Positions 10,339 to 20,766 of a stretch of 64,000 nt of DNA are shown here, piece by piece. The first letter of the stretch is position 1; every line of letters starts with the position of its first letter. The stretch is taken from the NCBI GenBank assembly GCA_965222605.1, contig OZ244960.1, forward strand, positions 768,001 to 832,000, written 5' to 3'. The notes beneath the pieces are model-generated. The model was not told the DNA's origin. It did no database searches and saw nothing but the letters and a program-made list of their open reading frames with translations. Source of the stretch: Candidatus Latescibacterota bacterium. GTDB lineage: Bacteria > Latescibacterota > UBA2968. A program made the translations under genes and the position numbers.

Positions 10339-10446
10339 ATAACTGATTGTCGCATTTGCAACACAAATAATTATTAAAATTTATCCCTTTGTTTTTCAAG
10401 CACTTGAAGATGGTTCAAGTGCTTTTTTTTTGTACCGAATGATTTT

Positions 10447-10462
10447 TGGCACACATCTTGCA
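10447..10462 (+). promoter_or_regulatory. Sigma54 (-24/-12) promoter
   Basis: TGGCAC-ACATC-TTGCA matches TGGCAC-N5-TTGCW, about 60 bp upstream of the ATG at 10521. Confidence 0.8.
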
Positions 10463-10520
10463 ATAATAAAGGCTTAAGACAGTGACCGTATTAAAATTTT
10501 CACATTGTAAGGAGAGTAAT

Positions 10521-13500
10521 ATGACGAACATGCAATCCGTATTGTATGCCATAGCCATAAGTGTTATCCTGATCTCTGGACGTGTTGCTGCCCAAACCTC
10601 GCCACCGTCTGCTCCTGCTGCGGTGACAAACCTCGCTGCTGAGGCGGGGGATCAATACGTAACACTGAGTTGGGATAACCCGAACAACGCGAGCATCACG
10701 ACCTATCAGTATCGTCAAAGCGAAGATAGCGGCAGCACCTATTCGCCGGACTGGACAGATATTACCGGCAGTGATGAGAACACAACCAGTCACAGAGTAG
10801 AGAATCTGACAAATGACACTGAATACACCTTCGAGATACGTGCGGTGAATGCGACTGGTAATGGCGCGTCTGTTAGCGTGAGTGCCACGCCGGTCTTGCC
10901 ACCATTGACAGTGACCTGGCCTGAAGATATAAAGGGCACGGAAGACAGTTCCATCTGGACCTCATCAACATCTACTCCCCCTCAGATAACCGTATCCGGA
11001 GGACGACCATCCTATACGTATGAAATAGCCGCAGAGGGAGCACCCACAGGTCTTTCTATTGATCCATTGGGAACCCTCACAGGCACACCTACACAGAATG
11101 GGACTTTCACAACAGTAACAGTAGTTGTGCGGGATGACGCAGGTCAGAGTGTGAGTAATGACCTGAGCGTAACAATTTCTCCACCGCTGAGCATCTCACC
11201 GATAGCGTATAAAACAGTCGAACAGGGCAGCCAGATTACCCCGATCCATTTATCAGCAACCGGCGGTTGGGACCCCTATACATATTCCCTATCCGGCGCA
11301 CCTTCAGGTATCTCTTTATCAAGTGATAATCGCATCACAGGCAGACCTTCACAGGATGGGACTTTCCCAATTACCGTAACCGTGACCGATGATCACGGCA
11401 ATACTGCGGATCACAGTTTCGATATGAGTGTTTATTCGATGGAACTTGCCAAACTATTTTCTCCGATTTTGATTTTGACAGAACATCCAACGCGCAAGGA
11501 CCGCAAAGTGATCTTCCCCGAACCCGTGGAAATAATGGGTGTAACATCTGTTGACAGTCTTTGGTTTCATTTTACTGATGAGGAATCACATATATTACCT
11601 GATCTTGATCTTTCTTATCAAAACTTAAGCACATCTGAGCGTAATGATCTCATTGCTTTTTACCAGAGGCAATATCCTGATATTAATTTTTCCCAAAATA
11701 AGTTCGCCTCTATACCTGAAGTCTTAACTTTCGATACAGAACAGTCAATAAGGGGCACTTCTGTAGGAGGTGTTAGGGCACATTTTGAATATCCTGGCGT
11801 ACGTGAAGACAACGACGAAGGCACCTCTAAAAACTGGTATCACTATTATTTTTCAACTACCCATCCTAAACGTGGGGATCATCCAAATTTTCCCCATACA
11901 GCATACGTGCATATTTTTGATGAAGGAGGTCAAGTCGTAATACGGTATTATTACTTTTATCCCTTTAATGATTGGCAAAATAACCATGAGGGAGATTGGC
12001 CGCACATTAATGTTATCGTAACATCTCATGACCCAAATGTGGCAGAACTCGTTGGAATTGACTACACATTTCATGGGAATGGCCTAACCTATAACAGCAT
12101 TGGTGAAAGGGTTTTTGACCCTCAAAAAGATTTTGCACCGGCTGAAGGCGGAACTCATCCGGTTGTCTATGTAGGAGCAGGTTCCCATGGTGGCTATCCT
12201 ACGGGAGGTAATTATAAGGATCCCGGTGGTCATGCTATTGATTTGGGGCCAATAGAAGCGGGAGGTTGGGATGAAGGTATGACAAAGAGTGGCGTTGTCC
12301 TGAGCACCAGGGTTGAGGACACAAATCCTGATGTCGCACAATCTTATGATTTAATACTTCTGCCCAATCCAGATCCAGGTCAACCCAATAAGGGTTTGAC
12401 ATCAGAGATGAGTTGGTTAGGTAGCGAAGCAAGATGGGGGACACTGGAAGTTCATTCACCGGGAAGTGGGCTCCCATTTGAGAGGGCACAACAACTAAAT
12501 GATTCTCCTGTAGGGCCGTTTCATAAAGATAGCTGGGGCACTTCGGGAGCGAGTGGTTATTCCAAAAGAGAAGTTCCTTATGGAAAATTTCCCAGTCCAG
12601 ATCCCAGATCATCACCAAGAGATGATGAACACAGTAAACGATGGTTTCAACAATTCCCAATTGTGCAAAACGTTACCTGGCGTGATACAATAAAGCTGAT
12701 TGGTGATATTGTGGTCTATCCTGGCGCGACCTTGACGATTGATGCTGGCACAACGATTAAGGCTTACCCCAATCGAGATATTCATAGCATGAAGGATTCA
12801 AATCGCGTCGATATTATCAACCATGGAACGATAATCGCCAATGGAACAAGCTCTCAGCCCATTGTATTTCGTTCCGACAGTTCAACTCCTGCGTCAGGAC
12901 ACTGGTATGGCATCAGGAATCACGGCGATTTGACCATGAGCCATTTTACGATTCAACATTCAGTAGTTGGCCTGGATTTGCAAGGTACGCAGACATTGAC
13001 AGATATGACATTGTCGAACAATACCAGGAATAATACCACCCCCCTGGCGATTGCATCAATAGCAGATGTAACAGCGACTCAAAATGGGGCAATTACAGAT
13101 ATATCGGTAAGTGCATCAGGTGGTTGGGGATCTTATACGTATTCCACATCTGACTTACCTTCAGGTATCGTCTTTGATCAAGAAAGTGCTCTCATCACTG
13201 GCACACCCAAAGCAACTGGCGAATCTGACATTACAGTGACGGTACGAGATGCTGTAAATGACGAGGCATCCACAACGTTTAACTTGTCTGTTTCTGCGGC
13301 TACTCGTCCCCTGAGCATCGCGACAATAGCGGATGTGATAGCCACTCAGGATGAGGCAATTACCCCCATAAAGGTAAAAGCGTCAGGTGGTGGCGGAGCC
13401 TATACGTATTCGATAGCGAGCAACCCTGCCACAGGCTCTGGTCTTTCTATTGATTCGAATGGCCGCATTACTGGCACACCCACAGTGAGTGACGATTTCA

Positions 13501-14045
13501 AGATCACAGTAACCGTGCGAGATGCACCCGGCCGTGCTTTACCCATACAGACAAGTCGTTCTTGTTCCATGCACGTGAGACCGCGCGTGACAGTCTCGAC
13601 AATAAGCAATATAACCGTCAAGATCAGTGGCGTGCAGACGAACAGCCCGATTACCCCTATTCAGGTCTCAGCATCAGGGGGACAAACGTCTTATGCGTAT
13701 TCCCTATCCAGCAACCCTGCCACAGGTTCCGGTCTGTCCATCAATGCAACCAGTGGACAAATCACAGGCACACCAACACAGACAGGTACTTTCTCACTTA
13801 CTGTGACTGTAACCGATGATCACGGCAGGACAGGAACAGGCAGTTTCTCTATGACTGTTCGTCTGATAGCTGACTTTAATGATGATGGTGTGGTCAATGT
13901 AGCAGATCATTTACTTTTTGTGGCCGTGTTTGGTCTATCCGAAGGTGATGATGGTTTTAATGCTGATATGGATCTGGATGGTGATGGAACCATTGGCACG
14001 CCCGATTTTCTAATCTTTGTAAGTCACTTTGGCTCCTCTGCATAG
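10521..14045 (+). CDS. Large secreted protein: signal peptide, FN3, putative Ig (He_PIG-like) repeats, Vps62/NPP1-like core, beta-helix-like segment, further Ig repeats, C-terminal EF-hand/dockerin-like domain
   Basis: AGGAG RBS; VTLSW..YTFEIRAVN (FN3); repeated SGG..PYTYS..GLSI..G.ITGTPT; YYYFYPFND..NHEGDW and HPVVYVGAGSHG; DFNDDGVV..DLDGDGTIG..DF tail. Confidence 0.8.
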   Translation: MTNMQSVLYAIAISVILISGRVAAQTSPPSAPAAVTNLAAEAGDQYVTLSWDNPNNASITTYQYRQSEDSGSTYSPDWTDITGSDENTTSHRVENLTNDTEYTFEIRAVNATGNGASVSVSATPVLPPLTVTWPEDIKGTEDSSIWTSSTSTPPQITVSGGRPSYTYEIAAEGAPTGLSIDPLGTLTGTPTQNGTFTTVTVVVRDDAGQSVSNDLSVTISPPLSISPIAYKTVEQGSQITPIHLSATGGWDPYTYSLSGAPSGISLSSDNRITGRPSQDGTFPITVTVTDDHGNTADHSFDMSVYSMELAKLFSPILILTEHPTRKDRKVIFPEPVEIMGVTSVDSLWFHFTDEESHILPDLDLSYQNLSTSERNDLIAFYQRQYPDINFSQNKFASIPEVLTFDTEQSIRGTSVGGVRAHFEYPGVREDNDEGTSKNWYHYYFSTTHPKRGDHPNFPHTAYVHIFDEGGQVVIRYYYFYPFNDWQNNHEGDWPHINVIVTSHDPNVAELVGIDYTFHGNGLTYNSIGERVFDPQKDFAPAEGGTHPVVYVGAGSHGGYPTGGNYKDPGGHAIDLGPIEAGGWDEGMTKSGVVLSTRVEDTNPDVAQSYDLILLPNPDPGQPNKGLTSEMSWLGSEARWGTLEVHSPGSGLPFERAQQLNDSPVGPFHKDSWGTSGASGYSKREVPYGKFPSPDPRSSPRDDEHSKRWFQQFPIVQNVTWRDTIKLIGDIVVYPGATLTIDAGTTIKAYPNRDIHSMKDSNRVDIINHGTIIANGTSSQPIVFRSDSSTPASGHWYGIRNHGDLTMSHFTIQHSVVGLDLQGTQTLTDMTLSNNTRNNTTPLAIASIADVTATQNGAITDISVSASGGWGSYTYSTSDLPSGIVFDQESALITGTPKATGESDITVTVRDAVNDEASTTFNLSVSAATRPLSIATIADVIATQDEAITPIKVKASGGGGAYTYSIASNPATGSGLSIDSNGRITGTPTVSDDFKITVTVRDAPGRALPIQTSRSCSMHVRPRVTVSTISNITVKISGVQTNSPITPIQVSASGGQTSYAYSLSSNPATGSGLSINATSGQITGTPTQTGTFSLTVTVTDDHGRTGTGSFSMTVRLIADFNDDGVVNVADHLLFVAVFGLSEGDDGFNADMDLDGDGTIGTPDFLIFVSHFGSSA

Positions 14046-14087
14046 TTTTTTAGTGCAAGAGACAGCTTTTTATCCGGAGGAATCATC

Positions 14088-14849
14088 ATGACACATATAG
14101 CAGCAATTGTTCTAATTTTGGGACTCTGTCTGCCTCAGACTCTGTTGGCAGGCGTGGTCCTTCAAGCTGGTGAGATTGACAGCAGCAAGGTGAAAGTCGG
14201 GGCCTATGCCGAAGTCATCTATGGAACCGGTGAGAAACTATCTACGGCACGCGGCTACATTCAGGCTGTTGATGCTGAGAGTTTGACCATTAGCCAAGGT
14301 TTGGGGAAGCGGATAGCCTTTGAGCGCATACAACAACTGATTCTTGCAGAATCATCTTTCGAAATGGACAGGCTTAAAAAGACAACAGATATACTTTTTG
14401 TGAGAAAAGAGAACAAACCCAGGCGGATTGTTGGCAAGTTGGCAGGTGGTGTCCTGGGAGGGACCCTTATTGGCCTTGCGGTAGGCTCGGCCGCTGAGAA
14501 GGCTGGTGACTGTACGGGAACATTTTGTGGCGTGGGAAATTTTGTAATTGTTGGATGGATTGGCTATCTCGTCGGCGTGCCCGTCGGCATGAGCTTCTTT
14601 GATCCGTACGATCAATTTAAGTATTCATTGGCAGGCAGCCTGATAGGGGGTGCAGCAAGTCTTGTGATATTCACAGATGTAGAGTTAGCAGAAGAAAAAC
14701 TCTGGCCAGCCCTTTTTATCGGCCCCCTTGTCGGGGCTACAATTATGTCCGAGTTTTTTCGAAAACCGCCAGAGAATCGTCGTGTCTCCATCGGTCTGCT
14801 ACCCGGTCCCAAAGTCAGAGTATCCGCTGTTGCCACACTTCGATTTTGA
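14088..14849 (+). CDS. Family A secreted/outer-membrane protein, copy A1
   Basis: GGAGG RBS, MTHIAAIV signal peptide, Gly-rich helices, C-terminal VSAVATLRF. Confidence 0.8.
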   Translation: MTHIAAIVLILGLCLPQTLLAGVVLQAGEIDSSKVKVGAYAEVIYGTGEKLSTARGYIQAVDAESLTISQGLGKRIAFERIQQLILAESSFEMDRLKKTTDILFVRKENKPRRIVGKLAGGVLGGTLIGLAVGSAAEKAGDCTGTFCGVGNFVIVGWIGYLVGVPVGMSFFDPYDQFKYSLAGSLIGGAASLVIFTDVELAEEKLWPALFIGPLVGATIMSEFFRKPPENRRVSIGLLPGPKVRVSAVATLRF

Positions 14850-14955
14850 GTAGGTGACAAAAAACCTTCTGGATCGCGGCTTAAAGCATGCCGCGATGAC
14901 ACACGGGACGGCACGGGAACCGTCCCGTGCAACAACGGGCACGCGCAGTCCAACA
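14850..14955. repeat. REP-like double-hairpin element, copy 1
   Basis: ATCGCGGC..GCCGCGAT and GGGACGG..CCGTCCC stems; near-identical copy at 25420-25531. Confidence 0.7.
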
Positions 14956-15012
14956 AGTCCTCAACCCCTCTTTTTTGTCTGCGTTCACCTGCGTCATCTG
15001 CACCTGCTCAAG

Positions 15013-15749
15013 CCCTGAGTATCGCGACAATAGCGGATGTGATAGCCACTCAGGATGAGGCAATTACCCCCATAAAGGTAAAAGCGTCAGGTGGTGGCGG
15101 AGCCTATACGTATTCGATAGCGAGCAACCCTGCCACAGGCTCTGGTCTTTCTATTGATTCGAATGGCCGCATTACTGGCACACCCACAGTGAGTGACGAT
15201 TTCAAGATCACAGTAACCGTGCGAGATGCACCCGGCCGTGCTTTACCCATACAGACAAGTCGTTCTTGTTCCATGCACGTGAGACCGCGCGTGACAGTCT
15301 CGACAATAAGCAATATAACCGTCAAGATCAGTGGCGTGCAGACGAACAGCCCGATTACCCCTATTCAGGTCTCAGCATCAGGGGGACAAACGTCTTATGC
15401 GTATTCCCTATCCAGCAACCCTGCCACAGGTTCCGGTCTGTCCATCAATGCAACCAGTGGACAAATCACAGGCACACCAACACAGACAGGTACTTTCTCA
15501 CTTACTGTGACTGTAACCGATGATCACGGCAGGACAGGAACAGGCAGTTTCTCTATGACTGTTCGTCTGATAGCTGACTTTAATGATGATGGCGTGGTCG
15601 ATACATCAGATCATTTACTTTTTGTGGCCGCGTTTGGTCTATCCGAAGGTGATGATGGTTTTAATGCTGATATGGATCTGGATGGCGATGGAACCATTGG
15701 TACGCCCGATTTTCTAATCTTTGTAAGTCACTTTGAATCCACTGCATAG
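15013..15749 (+). pseudogene. Orphan 3' cassette 1 (two Ig repeats plus EF-hand/dockerin tail)
   Basis: Co-linear with 13309..14045 (offset 1704); essentially identical until the last ~160 bp; no RBS or signal peptide. Confidence 0.88.
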
Positions 15750-15792
15750 TTTTTTTGGTGCAGAAGATAGATCTCTATCAGGAGGAATCATC

Positions 15793-16605
15793 ATGACACA
15801 TATAGCAGCAATCGTAATGATTTTGGGATTCTGTCTGCCCCAGGCTCTGATAGCAGGCGTAGTCCTTGAAGCCGGTGAGATTGACAGCAGCAAGGTGAAA
15901 GTCGGTGCCTATGCCGAAGTCATCTATGGAACGGGTGAGCGGGATCAAGTCGCAGGGAAGTGGGAGAAACTGGAGGAGGCACAAGGATATATTAAAGCTG
16001 TTGATCAAGGAAGTTTGACCATTAGCCAGGGTTTGGGGAAGCGGATAGCCTTTGAGCACATACGACAACTGATCCTTGCAGAATCATCTTTCGAAATGGA
16101 CAGACTAAAAAAGACAATAGATACGCTTTTTGTGATAGAGACGACAGAGACGCCTTCTATGAGAATGGAGTACATGCCTGGGCGAATTGTTAGCAAGTTG
16201 GTCGGTGGCGTTCTTTGCGGAGGCCTTTTCGGATTTGTGGGGAGCCTGGTCACCGGGAAGGTGTATTGCAAAAAATCCGACTCTGGAGAGATATGCGGCC
16301 TCCTAGCTTTCGTGGTTGGTGGGACAATTGGCTATACAGTCGGCGTGCCCTTCGGCGTAAGCGTGCTTGATCCGCATGATCAATTCAGGTATTCATTTGC
16401 AGGCAGCCTGATAGGAGGCGCAGCAGGCATTGCCCTGACCCGCGCCGAAGAAGAGCTCTGGCCCTCCCTTCTTATCTGCCCACTTGTCGGAGCTACCATT
16501 CTGTCTGAGCTTACACGCAAACCGCCAGAGAATCGTCGTGTCTCTATTGGTCTGTTTCCCGGTCCCAAAGGCAGATTATCCGCTGTTGCCACACTTCGAT
16601 TTTGA
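15793..16605 (+). CDS. Family A secreted/outer-membrane protein, copy A2
   Basis: AGGAGG RBS, MTHIAAIV.., C-terminal LSAVATLRF. Confidence 0.8.
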   Translation: MTHIAAIVMILGFCLPQALIAGVVLEAGEIDSSKVKVGAYAEVIYGTGERDQVAGKWEKLEEAQGYIKAVDQGSLTISQGLGKRIAFEHIRQLILAESSFEMDRLKKTIDTLFVIETTETPSMRMEYMPGRIVSKLVGGVLCGGLFGFVGSLVTGKVYCKKSDSGEICGLLAFVVGGTIGYTVGVPFGVSVLDPHDQFRYSFAGSLIGGAAGIALTRAEEELWPSLLICPLVGATILSELTRKPPENRRVSIGLFPGPKGRLSAVATLRF

Positions 16606-16618
16606 GGAAGCTGCCAAT

Positions 16619-17685
16619 ACCTGTCTGTTTCTGCGGCTGCCACGGTCATGAGGATCGCATCAATACCGAATGTGATAGCGACTCAAAACGTGGCAATTAC
16701 GTCCATAAAGGTAAAAGCTTCAGGCGGTAGTGGGTCCTACACGTATTGGATAGGGCGCAACCGTCCCCCAGCGAACAACCCTCCTCAAGGTTCTGGCCTT
16801 TCTATCGATTCAAGCAGTGGCCGCATCACTGGCACACCCACAGCGAGTGAAGATTTCACGATCACAGTGGCTGTACGAGATGGGACTGGTAGCCGTTATT
16901 TACCTACACAGGTCAGTCGCTCCTTCATCATGCACGTGAGACCGCGTGTGACTGTCTCGGCAATCGGCAATATCACCGTCACGCAGAGCACCGCTATTAC
17001 TCCTATTCAGGTCTCAGCATCAGGAGGACAAACGTCTTATGCGTATTCTCTGTCCAGCAACCCTGCCGGTTCTGGTCTTTCTATCAATTCGAGCAGTGGC
17101 CAAATCACGGGCACACCAACACAGACAGGTACTTTCACACTGACTGTGACTGTTACCGATGCACACGGCAGGACAGGAACAGGCAGTTTCTCCATGACAG
17201 TAAATGCGCCCACACCCGTTTCGTCACTGACAATCGCAGAGATAAGTGATATAACGATCAAAATAAGTGGTGTGCAGACGAACAGCCCCATTACCCCTAT
17301 TCAGGTTTCAGCATCAGGAGGACAGACGCCATACACGTATTCTATGTCCAGCAATCCCGCTACAGGTTCTGGCCTGTCCATCAATGCGAGCAGTGGAGAG
17401 ATCACAGGTACACCAACACAGAGAGGCTCTTTCACACTGACTGTGACTGTCACCGATAATGCAAGTACGACCGTAACTGATAGCTTCTCAATGGCTGTCA
17501 GTCTGATAGGCGATTTTAATGATGATGGTGTGGTCGATACGTCAGATCATTTACTTCTTGTGGCCGTGTTTGGTCTAACCGAAGGTGCCGATGGTTTTAA
17601 TGCTGAGATGGATCTGAATGGCGATGGAACCATTGATGTTGCCGATTTTCTGATCTTTGTAAGTCACTTTGGTTCCTCTGCATAG
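16619..17685 (+). pseudogene. Orphan 3' cassette 2 (three Ig repeats plus tail)
   Basis: Begins mid-gene (TGTCTGTTTCTGCGGCT matches 13285 onward); diverged allele; no signal peptide. Confidence 0.82.
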
Positions 17686-17762
17686 TTTTTTTGGTGTAAG
17701 AAATAACTCATTGACTTTTGAGCGGAATCAATGAGATATATTTGTCTCAAAAGGAGAAACGC

Positions 17763-18695
17763 ATGAAAAAATTAGCTGCTGTCTTTGTAACCGCGACCCT
17801 CTTGCTTAACGCGATGGTTCCCACACTCGCGTATGCAGCCACATACCTGCAAGGCGCAGAGGTCAATGCCGGCATACTCATTCAAGATGCTTATGTTGCT
17901 GTCACCTATTACGATAGCAAGAATAAACAGACGTTAAAAAAAGGCTGGATTGATGCTATTGACGAGACTTCGTTTACCATTCGGAATGGTTTTTGGGGAA
18001 AGAAGACGATTGCTTACGATAAAGTCTTGTCACTAATTCTGAGCGAAGAAGAAACTACGCTAAGGCAAATGAATGAGGTAGATCGGTTTATTGGAAATAT
18101 GGCAGAAAGAGGAATAGAGACAGAGCAAGCCGCTATCCAACTGCTCAATCAAAAGACCATCACAACCATGCCACTTCGAGTGCGTGTATATGCCCCGTCC
18201 ATACAGAAGGGACAGATGGTTGGCAAGCTCATTAAAATGACGCAAGACACGCTGGTTATACAGGCAACACGAACTTCTCAGCAAGTACGCGCAATTTCGC
18301 CCCGCCGAATTCGTGCCCCAAAGGATATCCAACAAGGAGATATAACATTTTATCAAGTACCTATTACTTCAATCTCTCATCTCGAAGTGAGCATGGGACA
18401 GTATAGAAATACAAGCAAAGGCTTGAAAATCGGTCTTGCTACCGGACTTGCCATCTTTGCAGTTTCATACGCTTATGTAAAAAACCTCGAATCTCGTAAT
18501 CCTGATAATATCGACGGTCTAGCCATATTCATATTTGGGACTATAGCCGCTCCATCGGCCTTAGTTATCTCCACTCTGATTGGCGCAATAACAAAATCCG
18601 ACAAATGGGTTGAAGTGTCGCCCCAACGCCTCAACTTGAGCCTTGCCCCCACATCTGGCAAAGGACTTCGCGCTGCACTCACATTCAACTTTTAG
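17763..18695 (+). CDS. Family B secreted/outer-membrane protein, copy B1 (lacks the middle module)
   Basis: AAGGAG RBS, MKKLAAVFV signal peptide, C-terminal LRAALTFNF. Confidence 0.8.
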   Translation: MKKLAAVFVTATLLLNAMVPTLAYAATYLQGAEVNAGILIQDAYVAVTYYDSKNKQTLKKGWIDAIDETSFTIRNGFWGKKTIAYDKVLSLILSEEETTLRQMNEVDRFIGNMAERGIETEQAAIQLLNQKTITTMPLRVRVYAPSIQKGQMVGKLIKMTQDTLVIQATRTSQQVRAISPRRIRAPKDIQQGDITFYQVPITSISHLEVSMGQYRNTSKGLKIGLATGLAIFAVSYAYVKNLESRNPDNIDGLAIFIFGTIAAPSALVISTLIGAITKSDKWVEVSPQRLNLSLAPTSGKGLRAALTFNF

Positions 18696-18850
18696 TGATG
18701 TAAATGATTCAAATATAGAGTCGAAGTGCGTCAAAACATCTCATACCTTTTCATCCTATTCCTCAGAGCCATCCTCGAGATATCCAGAAGCGCGGATGCT
18801 TACACTTGATTCCCCTCTGTTCGTCGCAATGTCCCTTGTATTCAAGTCTC
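18696..18850. repeat. Conserved ~155-bp spacer after family B genes (also 21853-22010 and 24047-24200)
   Basis: Three similar copies, TGATG(C/T)AAATGATTCAA..GTCGAAGTGCGTCAAAAC..CTTGATTCCCCTCTG..TTGTATTCAAGT. Confidence 0.9.
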
Positions 18851-18875
18851 AGGCTCAACATCAGGAGGAATCATC

Positions 18876-19562
18876 ATGACACATATAGCAGCAATCGTAC
18901 TGCTTTTGGGTCTCTGTCTGCCCCAGGCTCTGTTGGCAGGGGAGGTCCTTCAAGTCGGTGAGATTGACAGTAGCAAGGTAAAAGTCGGTGCCTATGCTGA
19001 AGTCATCTATGGGACGGGTGAGAAACTCTCTACGGCACGCGGCTACATTCAGGCTGTTGATGCTGAGAGTTTGACTATTAGCCAGGATTTTGGGAAGCAG
19101 ATAGCTTTCGAGCGCATACAACAACTGATCCTTGCAGAATCATCTTTCGAAATAGACAGGCTTAAAGAGACAACGGATACGCTTTCTATAAAAAAAGAGA
19201 ACAAACCCAGGAGAATTGTTGGCAAGTTATTCGTCGGTGTTCTTGGAGGGGGTCTTTTCGCCCTTGCGGGGGCCTCAGTTGGAATAAATGTCGATAACTG
19301 CCCTGAGAACGAAACATACTGTCCATTAGGAAATTTTTTAATTGGTGGATGGGTTGGCTATCTCGTCGGCGTGCCCGCAGGCATGAGCTTATTTGATCCA
19401 TACGATCGATTTAAGGATTCATTGGCAGGTAGCCTGATCGGAGGTGCAACAAGTCTTGTGATATTCGCAGATGAAGAGATAGCGGAATATCTCTGGCCAG
19501 TCCTTTTTATTAGCCCCCTTGTCGGCGCAGCAATCAAGTTGGTGAATCTGACATTACAGTGA
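18876..19562 (+). pseudogene. Family A copy A3, C-terminus truncated by fusion to cassette 3
   Basis: Follows the A consensus to PLVGAAI, then switches at ~19540 to sequence matching 13217 onward; the VATLRF end is lost. Confidence 0.8.
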
Positions 19563-20689
19563 CGGTACGAGATGCTGTAAATGACGAGGCATCCACAACG
19601 TTTAACCTGTCTGTTTCTGCGGCTACTCAAGCCATGGAGATCGCGGCAATAGCGAATGTGATAGCCACTCAGAATGTGACAATTACCCCCATAAAGGTAA
19701 AAGCGTCAGGCGGTAGCGGGTCCTATACGTATTGGATAGGGAGCAACCCTCCCCCAGCGGATGCCCCTCTCCCAGAGAGCAACCCTCCCCCAGGTTCTGG
19801 TCTTTCTATCGATTCCAGCAGTGGTCGCATTACTGGCACACCCACTGCGAGTGGAGATTTCACGATCACAGTCGCAGTGCGAAATGCTGTCGTTAGTCGT
19901 GCTCCCCACACACAGGAAAGTCGCTATTTCACTATGCGCGTGAGACCGCGCGTGACAGTCTCGGCAATAGACGATATAACGGTCACACAGAACACCGCTA
20001 TTACCCCTATACAGGTCTCAGCATTGGGAGGACAAACATCTTACTCCTATTCCATGTCCAGCAACCCTGCCGGTTCTGGTCTTTCTATCAACTCAACCAG
20101 TGGACAAATCACTGGCACGCCAGCACAGGCAGGTACTTTCACACTGACCGTGACTGTGACCGATGCACACGGCAGGACAGGAACAGGCAGTTTCTCCATG
20201 ACGGTAAATGCGCCCACACCCGTTTCGTCACTGACAATCGCAGAGATAAGTGATATAACGGTCAAAATAAGTGGTGTGCAGACGAACAGCCCCATTACCC
20301 CTATTCAGGTTTCAGCATCAGGAGGACAGACGCCATACACGTATTCTATGTCCAGCAATCCCGCTACAGGTTCTGGTCTGTCCATCAATTCGAGCAGTGG
20401 ACAGATCACAGGCACGCCAACACAGAGAGGCTCTTTTACACTGACCGTGACTGTAACTGATAATGCAAGTGCGACTACAACTGATAGCTTCTCGATGGCT
20501 GTCAGTCTGATAGGGGATTTTAATGATGATGGTGTGGTCGATACGTCAGATCATTTACTTTTTGTGGCCGTGTTTGGCCTATCCGAAGGTGATGATGGTT
20601 TTAATGCCGATATGGACCTAAATGGCGATGGAACCATTGGCACGCCCGACTTTCTAATCTTTGTAAGTCACTTTGGCTCCTCTGCATAG
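19540..20689 (+). pseudogene. Orphan 3' cassette 3 (three Ig repeats plus tail)
   Basis: GAATCTGACATTACAGTGACGGTACGAGATGCTGTAAATGACGAGGC is identical to 13221 onward. Confidence 0.85.
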
Positions 20690-20766
20690 TTTTTTTACTC
20701 CAGAAGATAGCTCATTGACTTTTGAGCGGAATCAATGAGGTGCATTTGTCTCAAAAGGAGAAACAC

